A stretch of DNA of 38,749 bases, taken from contig CAJWPX010000002.1 of the NCBI GenBank assembly GCA_913045065.1, positions 1 through 38,749 of the forward strand, written 5' to 3'. The notes under the pieces were generated by a model that did no database searches, was not told the DNA's origin, and worked only from the letters and a program-made list of their open reading frames with translations. The position numbers were made by a program, and so were the translations under genes. How positions within the stretch are numbered: the first letter of the stretch is position 1; every line of letters starts with the position of its first letter. Source of the stretch: an uncultured Fidelibacterota bacterium (GTDB lineage Bacteria; Fidelibacterota; Marinisomatia; Marinisomatales; Marinisomataceae). Positions 21,863 through 31,491 of this stretch are shown here, in pieces.

Positions 21863-23200
21863 TTATTTCCATTCTTTTTTATAAGTATAAGTAATTAATT
21901 GAGAACTACCAGATTCTACTTCTAATGGAAAATATATTGTTGACGCATCATCTTTAATATACATAGTTGAAGATTCTTTCACTACCCAGTCTCCAACAAT
22001 TCTTTCAACAACTTTGACTTTTATAGATACAGTAGATGTATTAATAACTTGAATTGATATAGTAGATTCTTCTACTTTATTTTGGCGATCATAGTTTAAG
22101 ATTCTTCGTTTACCAATAATATCAGAAGCTTTACCAGCATTAAATGATGCAGTTCCTCCTCTGTATAATTGACTTAAGTTGTTTTTAGCTAAAAAACCAA
22201 GGGAACCATCAGTATTTCTCTCATATAAATAAGCTATTCCTGATGGGAGTGGAAGATCTAGATTATTTTCTTGAGAGTTATTAAAAGAAATCTGAATATC
22301 AAGAGGGTCGTCTCTTTGATCTCGCTCAGAATTATTGAATATATAAATCTTCTCATATGAAATAGCTCTTTTAGGGATTAAAGGAAGTTGGATTGTTTCC
22401 AAAGATTTTAAGTTTAAATCATTCCCTAAATTGAAAATATAAAAATCTCCTAATTTTGTATTGTTCTGACTCATTGGAATGTTTACCGCTCTGCTGCTTA
22501 AAAAATCTCTACTAACTCCCACCTGGTTTAAAACTCCCTCAACAACATTAATATTTAAACCTAACAAATTAATATTAGAATGATTTATTATTTCAGCATC
22601 TACACTTAATATTGCGTTAGTATTGTCTGTGTTTAACTCTAGCTTATAGATTGGTTTCCAACTAAAACCAGAACTCAGATATGTCAATTCAGCATTTATA
22701 TTTTTTTCTTCATTAGAAAAAATTTCCCAAAAAATCTCAGGAGTAAATTTATTTGAGACATTATTCAATTTTAAATTTAAGTATTCAATACTCGATCTTT
22801 GAAATACCATTAAGCCTTTATTAGTATTAATGGAAACACTGGAACCATTCACATCAAGAAGAGTTCCTTGAATTACTGAATTACCTGTTGGTTTTACTTC
22901 TACTTGTGAACCAATATTATTTTTTAAATACACATCACTCGAGTGAAAATTCCGATTCATTGTTTGAGATAAAATTTGTACTCCTTCTAAATCAAGATTT
23001 GGTGAATCAAATACAATATTAGGGGATAAATTAGTAAATCCTACTACGTTTCTACCGCTTTTTAAATTCCAAGTAATAGGTTCTTTTAAGGTTGCAAAAC
23101 CGTCTTTATAAATGGTGATGGTCCTATTATTTTGAAGATCACTAGCATTCTGAGAAAGCGCAATACCAGTAAACAATAGTAATATTAACAACTTTTTCAT
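21863..23200 (-). CDS. Secreted DUF4140/DUF4139-like protein (function unknown)
   Basis: 445 aa. Signal peptide MKKLLILLLFTGIALSQ. TIYKDGFATLKEPITWNLKSGRNVVGFTNL (DUF4140-like) and ELTYLSSGFSWKPIYKLEL (DUF4139-like). Recognised from memory of the family consensus. Confidence 0.55.
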   Translation of the reverse strand: MKKLLILLLFTGIALSQNASDLQNNRTITIYKDGFATLKEPITWNLKSGRNVVGFTNLSPNIVFDSPNLDLEGVQILSQTMNRNFHSSDVYLKNNIGSQVEVKPTGNSVIQGTLLDVNGSSVSINTNKGLMVFQRSSIEYLNLKLNNVSNKFTPEIFWEIFSNEEKNINAELTYLSSGFSWKPIYKLELNTDNTNAILSVDAEIINHSNINLLGLNINVVEGVLNQVGVSRDFLSSRAVNIPMSQNNTKLGDFYIFNLGNDLNLKSLETIQLPLIPKRAISYEKIYIFNNSERDQRDDPLDIQISFNNSQENNLDLPLPSGIAYLYERNTDGSLGFLAKNNLSQLYRGGTASFNAGKASDIIGKRRILNYDRQNKVEESTISIQVINTSTVSIKVKVVERIVGDWVVKESSTMYIKDDASTIYFPLEVESGSSQLITYTYKKEWK

Positions 23201-25821
23201 TTTAACATCGCAATATTGTCAATTATTTTATCTCTTTCAACAATAAAATCATTCAATTTGTTTTTTTCATTGTTTACAATATTTTCAGGAGCTTTATCAA
23301 TAAATGATTTATTTTTTAATTTCTTCTCAATAGCATTGATAAAATCTTTCACTTCATTCAGTCGTTTAGTAAGTCTTTTAATTTCAGAATCAGTATCTAC
23401 CAAATCTCCGAGCGGAACATAAGCAACACATTTTTTACAAATTCCTACAGCAGATTTCTTTGGTTTTTCAATATTTAAATCTATTTCTAGGTTGTCAATT
23501 TTTGACAGTGCAGTAATTGTATCTTTTAAATCTTCAAACAATTTTTTATCATCTGCATTATTCACAGAAATGAGAACATCAATTTTTTTAGAAGGAAGTA
23601 TATTTAATTCTGATCGTATGGTTCTAACTGATGTAACTATTTCTTTCAGTGTTGACATCGTTTCTGAATCGTCAACGATACTCTCTTTACTTAATTTTGG
23701 CCATGCACTTATAATAATATCATTATCTGATTCATTTTTTAAATAACTCCAAATTTCTTCAGTAATAAATGGTGAAACAGGATGTAACAATAATAAAATC
23801 TTTTTTAGCACATCTCTTGATAAAATATAAGTATTGTTTCTTACAATCTGATCGGTACTTTGGAAATTGATTTTGGCAAGTTCAATATACCAATCACAAA
23901 ATTCACTCCATGTAAATTCATAAATCACTTTAATTGCTTCGTTGAATTGGTATGAATCATAGTAAGCATTAACTTTTTTAATTGTTTTGTCTAGTTCACT
24001 TAAGATCCATTCATCATGGAAAGCTAATTTATCCTTGTTAATCGAATCATTAAAATTTTCATCATGATTTAACATAATAAATCGACTAGCATTCCAGATT
24101 TTACTCATAAAATTTCGACCTATTTCAAGCCCACTTTCAGAAAAATAAACATCCGATCCTTGTGGAGACATAAGCATTACTGAAAATCGAGTTGCATCAG
24201 TTCCATATTTATCAAATAGTCCGATTGGATCAGGAGAATTCCCAAGAGATTTACTAAACTTTCTTCCTTGTTCATCTCTTAAGATACTTGTGAAGTATAC
24301 ATCTTTAAATGGTGCTTCTCCCATAAATTCGAAACCAGACATAATCATTCTTGCAACCCAAAAGAATATAATATCTGGTCCTGTTACCAATGCACTGGTT
24401 GGATAGTAATGTGTTTTTTCTTCTTCTGGCCAATTATGGACGGCAAATGGCCATAGCCAAGAACTAAACCATGTATCTAATACATCAGTATCTTGTTCCC
24501 AATTCTCGATATCTTTTGGTGGAGTAGTGGAAATAAACCAATTTTCTTTTTTACCATGATCAGAATCTTTTTTATACCATACTGGGATGCGATGTCCCCA
24601 ATAAAGTTGACGACTAATACACCAATCCTGAATATTATCCATCCAATGATCATACGTTTTTACCCAATGATTTGGATAAAAATTAATTTCTCCTTTTTTA
24701 ACAGATTTAATAGCAGGTTTAGCAAGTTCTTTCATTTTTAAAAACCATTGATCTGAAAGATAATATTCGATAGGAACGTCTCCTCTTTCTGAAAAACCTA
24801 CTTTGTGCATATAATCTTCCTCTTTTAAGAGACAATTATCTTTCTTTAAATCATCAATAACTTTCTTCCTAGCATCTTCCCTTGTTAAACCAACATATTC
24901 TTTTGGAGCATTTGAGTTAATAGAACCATCGGGATTCATTACATTTACCATATCTAGAGAATGTTCTAAACCAACATTGTAATCATTTGGATCATGAGCA
25001 GGAGTAATTTTGACACAACCAGTTCCAAATTCCGGATCAACCATTTTATCTGCAATAATTGGAATTTTTCTTCCTACAATTGGTAAAATTGCATTGCTAC
25101 CAATTAAATCTTTAAAACGTTTATCAGATGGATTCACAGCTACTGCTACGTCTCCAAGCATTGTTTCTGGTCTAGTCGTTGCAATTTCAATAAATGAATC
25201 AGAATTCTCTATTGCATATTTGATATACCATAATTTGCCATTGACTTCTTTAAAAATAACTTCTTCATCACTAAGTGCTGTTTGTGATTTTGGACACCAG
25301 TTTACTAATCTATTCCCTCTGTAAATCAATCCTTTATCAAATAATCGAACAAAAGATTCAAGGACGGCTTCAGAATACTTATCATCCATCGTAAAGCTGA
25401 GTTTATCCCAATCACAAGAACATCCTAATTTTTGTAATTGGTTAATAATAATGCCGCCATACTTTTCTTTCCATTCCCATGCATGTTCTAAAAATTCTTC
25501 TCGAGAAATATCTTTTTTATCAATTCCCTTTTCTTGAAGCATTTTTGCTACCTTTGATTCGGTAGCGATAGATGCATGATCAGTTCCAGGAACCCAACAA
25601 GCATTTTTGCCTTCCATTCTTGCTTTTCGTATTAAGATATCTTGAATTGTATTATTTAATACATGGCCCATCGTCAATTTACCAGTCACATTTGGTGGAG
25701 GAATGACAATAGTATAGTGATTATCAGAAGGTTGGCTGGAAAAATAGTCTTTTTCTAACCAATGCTTATACCATTTATCTTCTAATTCAGAAGGAAAATA
25801 TTTTTTATCTAATAATTTCAT
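23197..25821 (-). CDS. valS: Valine--tRNA ligase
   Basis: 874 aa. HIGH-type PPPNVTGKLTMGHV, KMSKS-type KFSKSLGN, an editing-domain insert and a C-terminal coiled coil. Confidence 0.95.
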   Translation of the reverse strand: MKLLDKKYFPSELEDKWYKHWLEKDYFSSQPSDNHYTIVIPPPNVTGKLTMGHVLNNTIQDILIRKARMEGKNACWVPGTDHASIATESKVAKMLQEKGIDKKDISREEFLEHAWEWKEKYGGIIINQLQKLGCSCDWDKLSFTMDDKYSEAVLESFVRLFDKGLIYRGNRLVNWCPKSQTALSDEEVIFKEVNGKLWYIKYAIENSDSFIEIATTRPETMLGDVAVAVNPSDKRFKDLIGSNAILPIVGRKIPIIADKMVDPEFGTGCVKITPAHDPNDYNVGLEHSLDMVNVMNPDGSINSNAPKEYVGLTREDARKKVIDDLKKDNCLLKEEDYMHKVGFSERGDVPIEYYLSDQWFLKMKELAKPAIKSVKKGEINFYPNHWVKTYDHWMDNIQDWCISRQLYWGHRIPVWYKKDSDHGKKENWFISTTPPKDIENWEQDTDVLDTWFSSWLWPFAVHNWPEEEKTHYYPTSALVTGPDIIFFWVARMIMSGFEFMGEAPFKDVYFTSILRDEQGRKFSKSLGNSPDPIGLFDKYGTDATRFSVMLMSPQGSDVYFSESGLEIGRNFMSKIWNASRFIMLNHDENFNDSINKDKLAFHDEWILSELDKTIKKVNAYYDSYQFNEAIKVIYEFTWSEFCDWYIELAKINFQSTDQIVRNNTYILSRDVLKKILLLLHPVSPFITEEIWSYLKNESDNDIIISAWPKLSKESIVDDSETMSTLKEIVTSVRTIRSELNILPSKKIDVLISVNNADDKKLFEDLKDTITALSKIDNLEIDLNIEKPKKSAVGICKKCVAYVPLGDLVDTDSEIKRLTKRLNEVKDFINAIEKKLKNKSFIDKAPENIVNNEKNKLNDFIVERDKIIDNIAMLK

Positions 25822-27137
25822 TTCAAATAATCTTTTAATGTTTGAATTAAATTATTTGCTTCTTTTTCTGTTTTTGCTTCTGCAAAGATTCTAATTATTG
25901 GTTCAGTATTAGATTTTCTGATATGAATCCACTTTCTAGACCAAATAAATTTAATCCCGTCATCTTTATTAATTTCGTCACAATCAAATATAGTAGCAAG
26001 GTTATCAAAATCAACATCTTTTGAATCATTTAAGGTAATCTTATCTTTAACAAATACATATTTAGGAATTTCAGCAATAATTTCATTAATAGATTGATTG
26101 GTTGCAGATAATAGAGTCAATACTATTGCCGCAGCAACCAAAGAATCTCTTCCAAGGTGCACTTCTTTCAGAATTACACCACCGTTGCCTTCTCCCCCAA
26201 TCGAAATGTTTAATTCTTTCATTTTTTCAACAACATGGGCTTCACCAATTTTGGTTCTAATTGAACCCGATGAAATATCATCAATCATTTTTGATGTAGA
26301 TAAATTTGTTACTATCATACTCTTTTGATAATTAATAAAATTTTTAAATGCTAAAACTAAAGTATACTCTTCTCCAATAGCTTTCCCTTCATTAGAAACT
26401 ATAGATAACCTATCTCCATCTGGATCAGTAGCAAATCCAATATCTGCTCCAACTTCTAAAACCTTTTTCTCTAAATCTTTCAAATTAGGGGCAAGCGGTT
26501 CAGGAATACGGGTAAAATTGCCATTTCCATTACAATTCATTGTTGTTACATGACACTCTAGTGCTTCACACAATTGTGGCAAAATAGTGGACCCTCCTCC
26601 ATTAACTGCATCTATAACGACTTTAAATTTTTTAGAACGAATAGTATCAGGTTGAATACATTTAGCAGAAAATACTTTAGCAATATGCTCTTCATTTGCA
26701 GAGTTATATACTGATACTTTACCAGTTACTTCTGCTTCATTTAATGTATCTTGATTATCTACAGATGCAAATAACGTATTACACTGATCTGCTGATAAAA
26801 ATGTCCCATCTTTTTGCAAAAATTTTAATCCATTGTATTCTGCTGGATTGTGGCTTGCTGTAATGACAATCCCCCCATCATATTGTTTTTTTTCTGTCAT
26901 TAATTGCATAGTAGGAGTGGTAGCTAAATCACAATTATCAACATTGACTCCATATTTGGTTAAAGAATCAATCACCCATTGGGATATTTCTTTACCAGAT
27001 TGTCTTCCATCCCTACCTATAACACAATGTGTAATTTTCTGAGTTAGTATAAATGAGGCAATATATTGATCAATTATTTCAGAATTAAAGTCATCTTCAA
27101 CAACCCCTCTAAGACCAGATGCACTTCTTATAAGCAT
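25818..27137 (-). CDS. Phosphohexomutase (phosphoglucosamine/phosphomannomutase family)
   Basis: 439 aa. Active-site ITASHNPAEYNGLKF, metal loop FATDPDGDRLS and sugar loop GGEGNGG. Substrate cannot be assigned from sequence alone. Confidence 0.85.
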   Translation of the reverse strand: MLIRSASGLRGVVEDDFNSEIIDQYIASFILTQKITHCVIGRDGRQSGKEISQWVIDSLTKYGVNVDNCDLATTPTMQLMTEKKQYDGGIVITASHNPAEYNGLKFLQKDGTFLSADQCNTLFASVDNQDTLNEAEVTGKVSVYNSANEEHIAKVFSAKCIQPDTIRSKKFKVVIDAVNGGGSTILPQLCEALECHVTTMNCNGNGNFTRIPEPLAPNLKDLEKKVLEVGADIGFATDPDGDRLSIVSNEGKAIGEEYTLVLAFKNFINYQKSMIVTNLSTSKMIDDISSGSIRTKIGEAHVVEKMKELNISIGGEGNGGVILKEVHLGRDSLVAAAIVLTLLSATNQSINEIIAEIPKYVFVKDKITLNDSKDVDFDNLATIFDCDEINKDDGIKFIWSRKWIHIRKSNTEPIIRIFAEAKTEKEANNLIQTLKDYLK

Positions 27138-27186
27138 AATAGAAGATTAGAACATTTTTTGGAAAGTATAAAGAAGTGTTATGAGA

Positions 27187-27381
27187 TTAATTATTGTATT
27201 TGGCGAGACGTGCAATACGTCTTAAAGTTTGCTTTTTAGCAATTCTTTTAGTAACGCTTGGTTTTTCATAAAAAGATTTTCTTTTTACGTCTTTAAGAAC
27301 CCCAGAACGTTCCCATTTCTTCTTGAAACGTCTTAGAGCTTTCTCAAGCGATTCGTTATCTCTTACATTTATCTCAATCAT
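27187..27381 (-). CDS. rpsU: 30S ribosomal protein S21
   Basis: From Met 27381 the sequence is MIEINVRDNESLEKALRRFKKKWERSGVLKDVKRKSFYEKPSVTKR, a standard S21 of 64 aa. The 22-codon upstream extension in the track (to 27447) is hydrophobic, unlike S21, and would overlap rsmA. Confidence 0.9.
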   Translation of the reverse strand: MIEINVRDNESLEKALRRFKKKWERSGVLKDVKRKSFYEKPSVTKRIAKKQTLRRIARLAKYNN

Positions 27382-27418
27382 AGTTTGGGAACTTAGCGAT
27401 AAAAATGAGAAATGCCAA

Positions 27419-28180
27419 TTATGATATAATATTGTTGGAAATTTCAATAAAATCTTCGATGCTAAGTTGTTCTGGTCTCTTGGTAAAATCTATAGCACAA
27501 TTCTTTACATCAATCTCAAGAGATGATAGAGAATTCCTTAACATTTTTCTTCTTTGATTAAATGCCATTCTTACAATTTGATCAAATAACTTTAGATTAA
27601 TGTCCTTATGATAAGAATTTTCCTTTTTCATAATTTCAATGAAGGCAGATTGTACTTTTGGTTTTGGTAAAAACACATTTGGAGAAATCAAAAAACAAAT
27701 TCTAATATCAAAATATAAATTGGTCATTACAGTAAGCCTGCTATAATCTTTTGTACCAATTGTAGCAGTTAATCGTTGTGCGAGTTCTTTTTGAACCATG
27801 AGATAAGCTCGATTCCAACTAGTTAGATGCTTAATAAGCCAAAAAACAATAGGTGAAGTAATATTATAAGGAATATTGCCTACCACGACAGGATTTTTAA
27901 TATCAAGAGTAGGTAGGTCAACTTTTAAAATATCTTGATTGATAATCTCAGCTTGTGAAAGTTTGTCATGTTCTTTTAATATTGTAATTAAATCACGATC
28001 AATCTCTACCATATGCAATTCATTGCAAATACCTACTAATTTTTCGCTTAACGCCCCTTGTCCGGGTCCTATTTCTAAAACATTTTCATTAGAATCAATT
28101 TTGACATTATTAATAATTTTCTCTAATAGATTATTATCAACTAAAAAATTTTGACCCCACTTCTTTTTAGCAAATACCAT
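27419..28180 (-). CDS. rsmA: 16S rRNA (adenine1518/1519-N6)-dimethyltransferase
   Basis: 253 aa. WGQNFLVD, SAM motif VLEIGPGQGALS and VVGNIPYNITSPI. Confidence 0.92.
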   Translation of the reverse strand: MVFAKKKWGQNFLVDNNLLEKIINNVKIDSNENVLEIGPGQGALSEKLVGICNELHMVEIDRDLITILKEHDKLSQAEIINQDILKVDLPTLDIKNPVVVGNIPYNITSPIVFWLIKHLTSWNRAYLMVQKELAQRLTATIGTKDYSRLTVMTNLYFDIRICFLISPNVFLPKPKVQSAFIEIMKKENSYHKDINLKLFDQIVRMAFNQRRKMLRNSLSSLEIDVKNCAIDFTKRPEQLSIEDFIEISNNIIS

Positions 28181-28183
28181 TGG

Positions 28184-28948
28184 TTAAGTGATATTAAAAA
28201 AGTTCATTGCATTGTTTGTGGTTTCTTGAGCAATTTTTTCAAGTGGTATATCCAGAAAATCTGATAAATATAACGCAATATCACGAACACGTTTTGGCTC
28301 ATTTGGTTGTCCTCTAAAAGATTGTGGACTTAAAAAAGGACAATCTGTTTCTAGAACAAAATCTTTTAAATCAAGCTCTTGAATGGCAGAACGATTAATA
28401 GAATTCTTAAAAGTTACATTTCCAGAAAAAGATAATAATATATTTAAATCAATTAGTTGTCGTGCAAAATTAATATCGCTTGAGAAACAATGGGATAATG
28501 CTTTTTGAAATGAGTGTTGTTTTAAAATATCTAATATTTCATCATCTGCATCACGATTATGAAAAATAATGGGTAGTGAAATCGATTCTGCTAGTTCCAT
28601 TTGTTCTATCATTACTCTTTTCTGTACATCTGCTGGAGAGAGGTTTCTATAGTGGTCGATACCAATTTCTCCAACGGCAACTACTTTCTTACTACTTAAT
28701 GCAAGTTCTTCAAGATGTTTCAAATAATTTTGTTCTACGCTCTTTGAATCATGAGGATGAACACCAACAGCTGCATAAACACTATCATATTTATTGGCAA
28801 TATCAACTGACTTTTTAGAGGTACTAACATCTGTACCAATACAAATAATCTTATTGACTTCATTTTTGTGTGCATCATCTAAAACATCATCTAATCTGTC
28901 ATACATTGAATCATAATACAGATGTGCATGTGTATCTATGAGTGTCAT
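28184..28948 (-). CDS. TatD-family metal-dependent hydrolase/DNase
   Basis: 254 aa. N-terminal LIDTHAHL, then GEIGIDHY, IFHNRDA and ETDCPFL. Confidence 0.88.
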   Translation of the reverse strand: MTLIDTHAHLYYDSMYDRLDDVLDDAHKNEVNKIICIGTDVSTSKKSVDIANKYDSVYAAVGVHPHDSKSVEQNYLKHLEELALSSKKVVAVGEIGIDHYRNLSPADVQKRVMIEQMELAESISLPIIFHNRDADDEILDILKQHSFQKALSHCFSSDINFARQLIDLNILLSFSGNVTFKNSINRSAIQELDLKDFVLETDCPFLSPQSFRGQPNEPKRVRDIALYLSDFLDIPLEKIAQETTNNAMNFFNIT

Positions 28949-30423
28949 TCGATGATTCTTGGAAAAATAGGATTGGATTCAGGAATTTTCTCTCCTGACT
29001 TAAGATTTCCCCAATCTAACGAGGAAGAAGTAGCTCCTAGTGCATTGAGTATTTCTTTACATTTCTCTGGCATTATAGGAGAAAGCATTACTGTAGCAAT
29101 TCTTAGAGATTCAGCTGCATTATATAAAACATTTCCTGCTAATTTTTTATCTTCTTTAACAAGTTTCCAAGGTTGATTTTTTTCCATATAACCGTTAATT
29201 GATCGAACAAAATCCATAATATTTTGAATAAGACGATCCATTTGAAAATTATCAAGCTTATCTTTGATATTAATATTACTAATCTCATTCGATAGATCAT
29301 TGTTACTATCCTTAGACAATGGAATTGTGCTATCAAAATTTCTATTAATCAATGTAGAAACACGACTTACTAAATTCCCTAAATCATTTGCTAAATCGCT
29401 ATTATATCTCTTAATAAATGATTCCATTGAGAATGTTGCATCTGAACCCAATACCATTTCACTCATTAAATAATATCGAACTGCATCAACACCAAATTTG
29501 TCCACCAACGTCAAAGGGCTTACAACATTCCCCAATGATTTACTCATTTTTTTCTCATCGGTGAGCCACCATCCATGTGCAAAAATTGTTTTTGGTAATG
29601 GAATGTTCAACGACATTAACATTGTAGACCAATAAACAGAATGTGTAGTTAAGATATCTTTTCCAATTAAATGAACATCAGCAGGCCAAAATTGTTTAAA
29701 GTGATTATCGTCCTCAGAATATTTAGGTGCAGAGATATAATTAATCAATGCATCAAACCAAACATAGGTTACATAATCTTTATCAAATGGTATTTCTATA
29801 CCCCACTCTAATCTACTTTTTGGTCTTGAAATGCATAAATCAGACAAATCTTGTTTTAAAAACCCTAATACTTCATTCTTTCTTGTAGTAGGTTGTATGA
29901 AATTTTCGTTTTTCTCAATTTTTTCAATTAAAGCATCTTGATATTTGCTCATTTTAAAAAAATAATTTCGTTCTTTAATTTTCTTAGCTTCTCTAAATAA
30001 ACCGCTATCTAATTCTTTATCTGTAATAAACCTTTCTTCAGCAACTGAATACCAACCTTCATATTCATCTTGATAGATATCTCCATTTTCATGGACTTCA
30101 TTCAGTACATTCTGAACAATTTTAACATGTCGATCTTCCGTAGTACGAATAAAATCAGAATATTGAATATTTAGCTTATCCCATAGCTCTAAAAAGGCTG
30201 GTGCCATCTTATCACAATGATCTTTTGCACTCATACCATTTTTTTCTGCAGCTTGTTGAACCTTTAAACCATGTTCATCTAACCCTGTTAAAAAAAAGCT
30301 TTCTTGTTCAACCAATCTTTGAAATCTTGCCAAAGTATCTGCTAAAATGGTTGTATAGGCATGCCCTATATGAGGTTTATCATTTACATAATAAATTGGA
30401 GTAGTTATGTAATAACTTTTCAT
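28945..30423 (-). CDS. metG: Methionine--tRNA ligase (short form, no C-terminal tRNA-binding appendix)
   Basis: 492 aa. HIGH motif PHIGHAYTT and KMSKS motif KMSKSLGN. Confidence 0.93.
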   Translation of the reverse strand: MKSYYITTPIYYVNDKPHIGHAYTTILADTLARFQRLVEQESFFLTGLDEHGLKVQQAAEKNGMSAKDHCDKMAPAFLELWDKLNIQYSDFIRTTEDRHVKIVQNVLNEVHENGDIYQDEYEGWYSVAEERFITDKELDSGLFREAKKIKERNYFFKMSKYQDALIEKIEKNENFIQPTTRKNEVLGFLKQDLSDLCISRPKSRLEWGIEIPFDKDYVTYVWFDALINYISAPKYSEDDNHFKQFWPADVHLIGKDILTTHSVYWSTMLMSLNIPLPKTIFAHGWWLTDEKKMSKSLGNVVSPLTLVDKFGVDAVRYYLMSEMVLGSDATFSMESFIKRYNSDLANDLGNLVSRVSTLINRNFDSTIPLSKDSNNDLSNEISNINIKDKLDNFQMDRLIQNIMDFVRSINGYMEKNQPWKLVKEDKKLAGNVLYNAAESLRIATVMLSPIMPEKCKEILNALGATSSSLDWGNLKSGEKIPESNPIFPRIIE

Positions 30424-30426
30424 GAT

Positions 30427-31491
30427 TTAATTTAAATAGTTATGACTATTTATAACCATATTCATTAAAGATAATTTTGGCGAAGTATTTGATGCAATAT
30501 TACCTAAAAAATATTCTATTTCTTTCGCAAGCATTATCAAATCACAATTATTATGATTAGTCATAAAATCTTTACTAGCATTAGAAAAATCATTCCATTC
30601 AAATTTGGGTTCAATAGATTTTTTAATCTGATCTGTATGTTCAAGCCATTTTTTAATCAGATGAAAGTTAAAGTAAAGTTTTTGTCGATTTGTATTGAAA
30701 TCCAGTAACATTTCTTCACAAAACATTACAACAGCTTCTGAATTGTCATATTCAATACATTTGATATACTTTTCAATCATATCTATGACTGATTTTTTTG
30801 AGAAATTACTGAAAATATCAATGAGACCTAAATCATTATCAGATAAAAATGATAATATTTCAAATTCAAAATCACCTGTTCTTTTTAAATAATTTTTTAG
30901 ATTTGTATTACTAATTTTTGGAACATTGATGAATTGACAACGAGATTGGATAGTCGAAGGTAAATTTTTGATAAAATCTGTTACCAATATAAAAGAAGTA
31001 TTTTGAGGAGGTTCTTCTAATATTTTTAATAAAGCATTCGCCGATTCAGCTGAACCTTGTGACAAGTAGTGCGCATCAAAAATGATAATAACTTTTTTAC
31101 TATCACTTTTAAAAAAAATATTTTGTTTTAAGTTTTTTAAAACAATTAATGGAATATTTTGGCTATTAGACAATTTAATTTTTTTGAGAGGAAACAATAA
31201 TTTCTCTCTCCAATAATGACTCCATTCTTGATATTCTTTTTGATCAATTTTACTACTTTTAAAAAGATTGAGATAAAAATCACTACTGCCAGGAATAACC
31301 AAGAAAATATTTGGGTTATTAATAAATTCATCAGAATCAAAACCTGTCAGTAAGCTACAAAACTGTAAAGCAAGTGCTTCTTTTCCTGACCCTTTGGGAC
31401 CACATAAGAGATAAGCATTACTTATTTTGTTGCTGTTAACAATCGTTTGAATTTTATCAGAAATTATAGGCTGTAAATTATCTATATCCAT
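30427..31491 (-). CDS. holB: DNA polymerase III subunit delta-prime
   Basis: 354 aa. AAA+ clamp-loader N-terminus AYLLCGPKGSGKEALA, then ANALLKILEEPP and a sensor motif SRCQ. Confidence 0.75.
   Translation of the reverse strand: MDIDNLQPIISDKIQTIVNSNKISNAYLLCGPKGSGKEALALQFCSLLTGFDSDEFINNPNIFLVIPGSSDFYLNLFKSSKIDQKEYQEWSHYWREKLLFPLKKIKLSNSQNIPLIVLKNLKQNIFFKSDSKKVIIIFDAHYLSQGSAESANALLKILEEPPQNTSFILVTDFIKNLPSTIQSRCQFINVPKISNTNLKNYLKRTGDFEFEILSFLSDNDLGLIDIFSNFSKKSVIDMIEKYIKCIEYDNSEAVVMFCEEMLLDFNTNRQKLYFNFHLIKKWLEHTDQIKKSIEPKFEWNDFSNASKDFMTNHNNCDLIMLAKEIEYFLGNIASNTSPKLSLMNMVINSHNYLN

Noticed and set aside
27382-27447. 22-codon N-terminal extension of the S21 ORF (MKFPTILYHNWHFSFLSLSSQT)
   Set aside because: S21 proteins are about 60-70 aa and begin close to the conserved ..V..NESLEKALRRFK block. 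The extension is hydrophobic and would overlap the rsmA 3' end by 29 nt.
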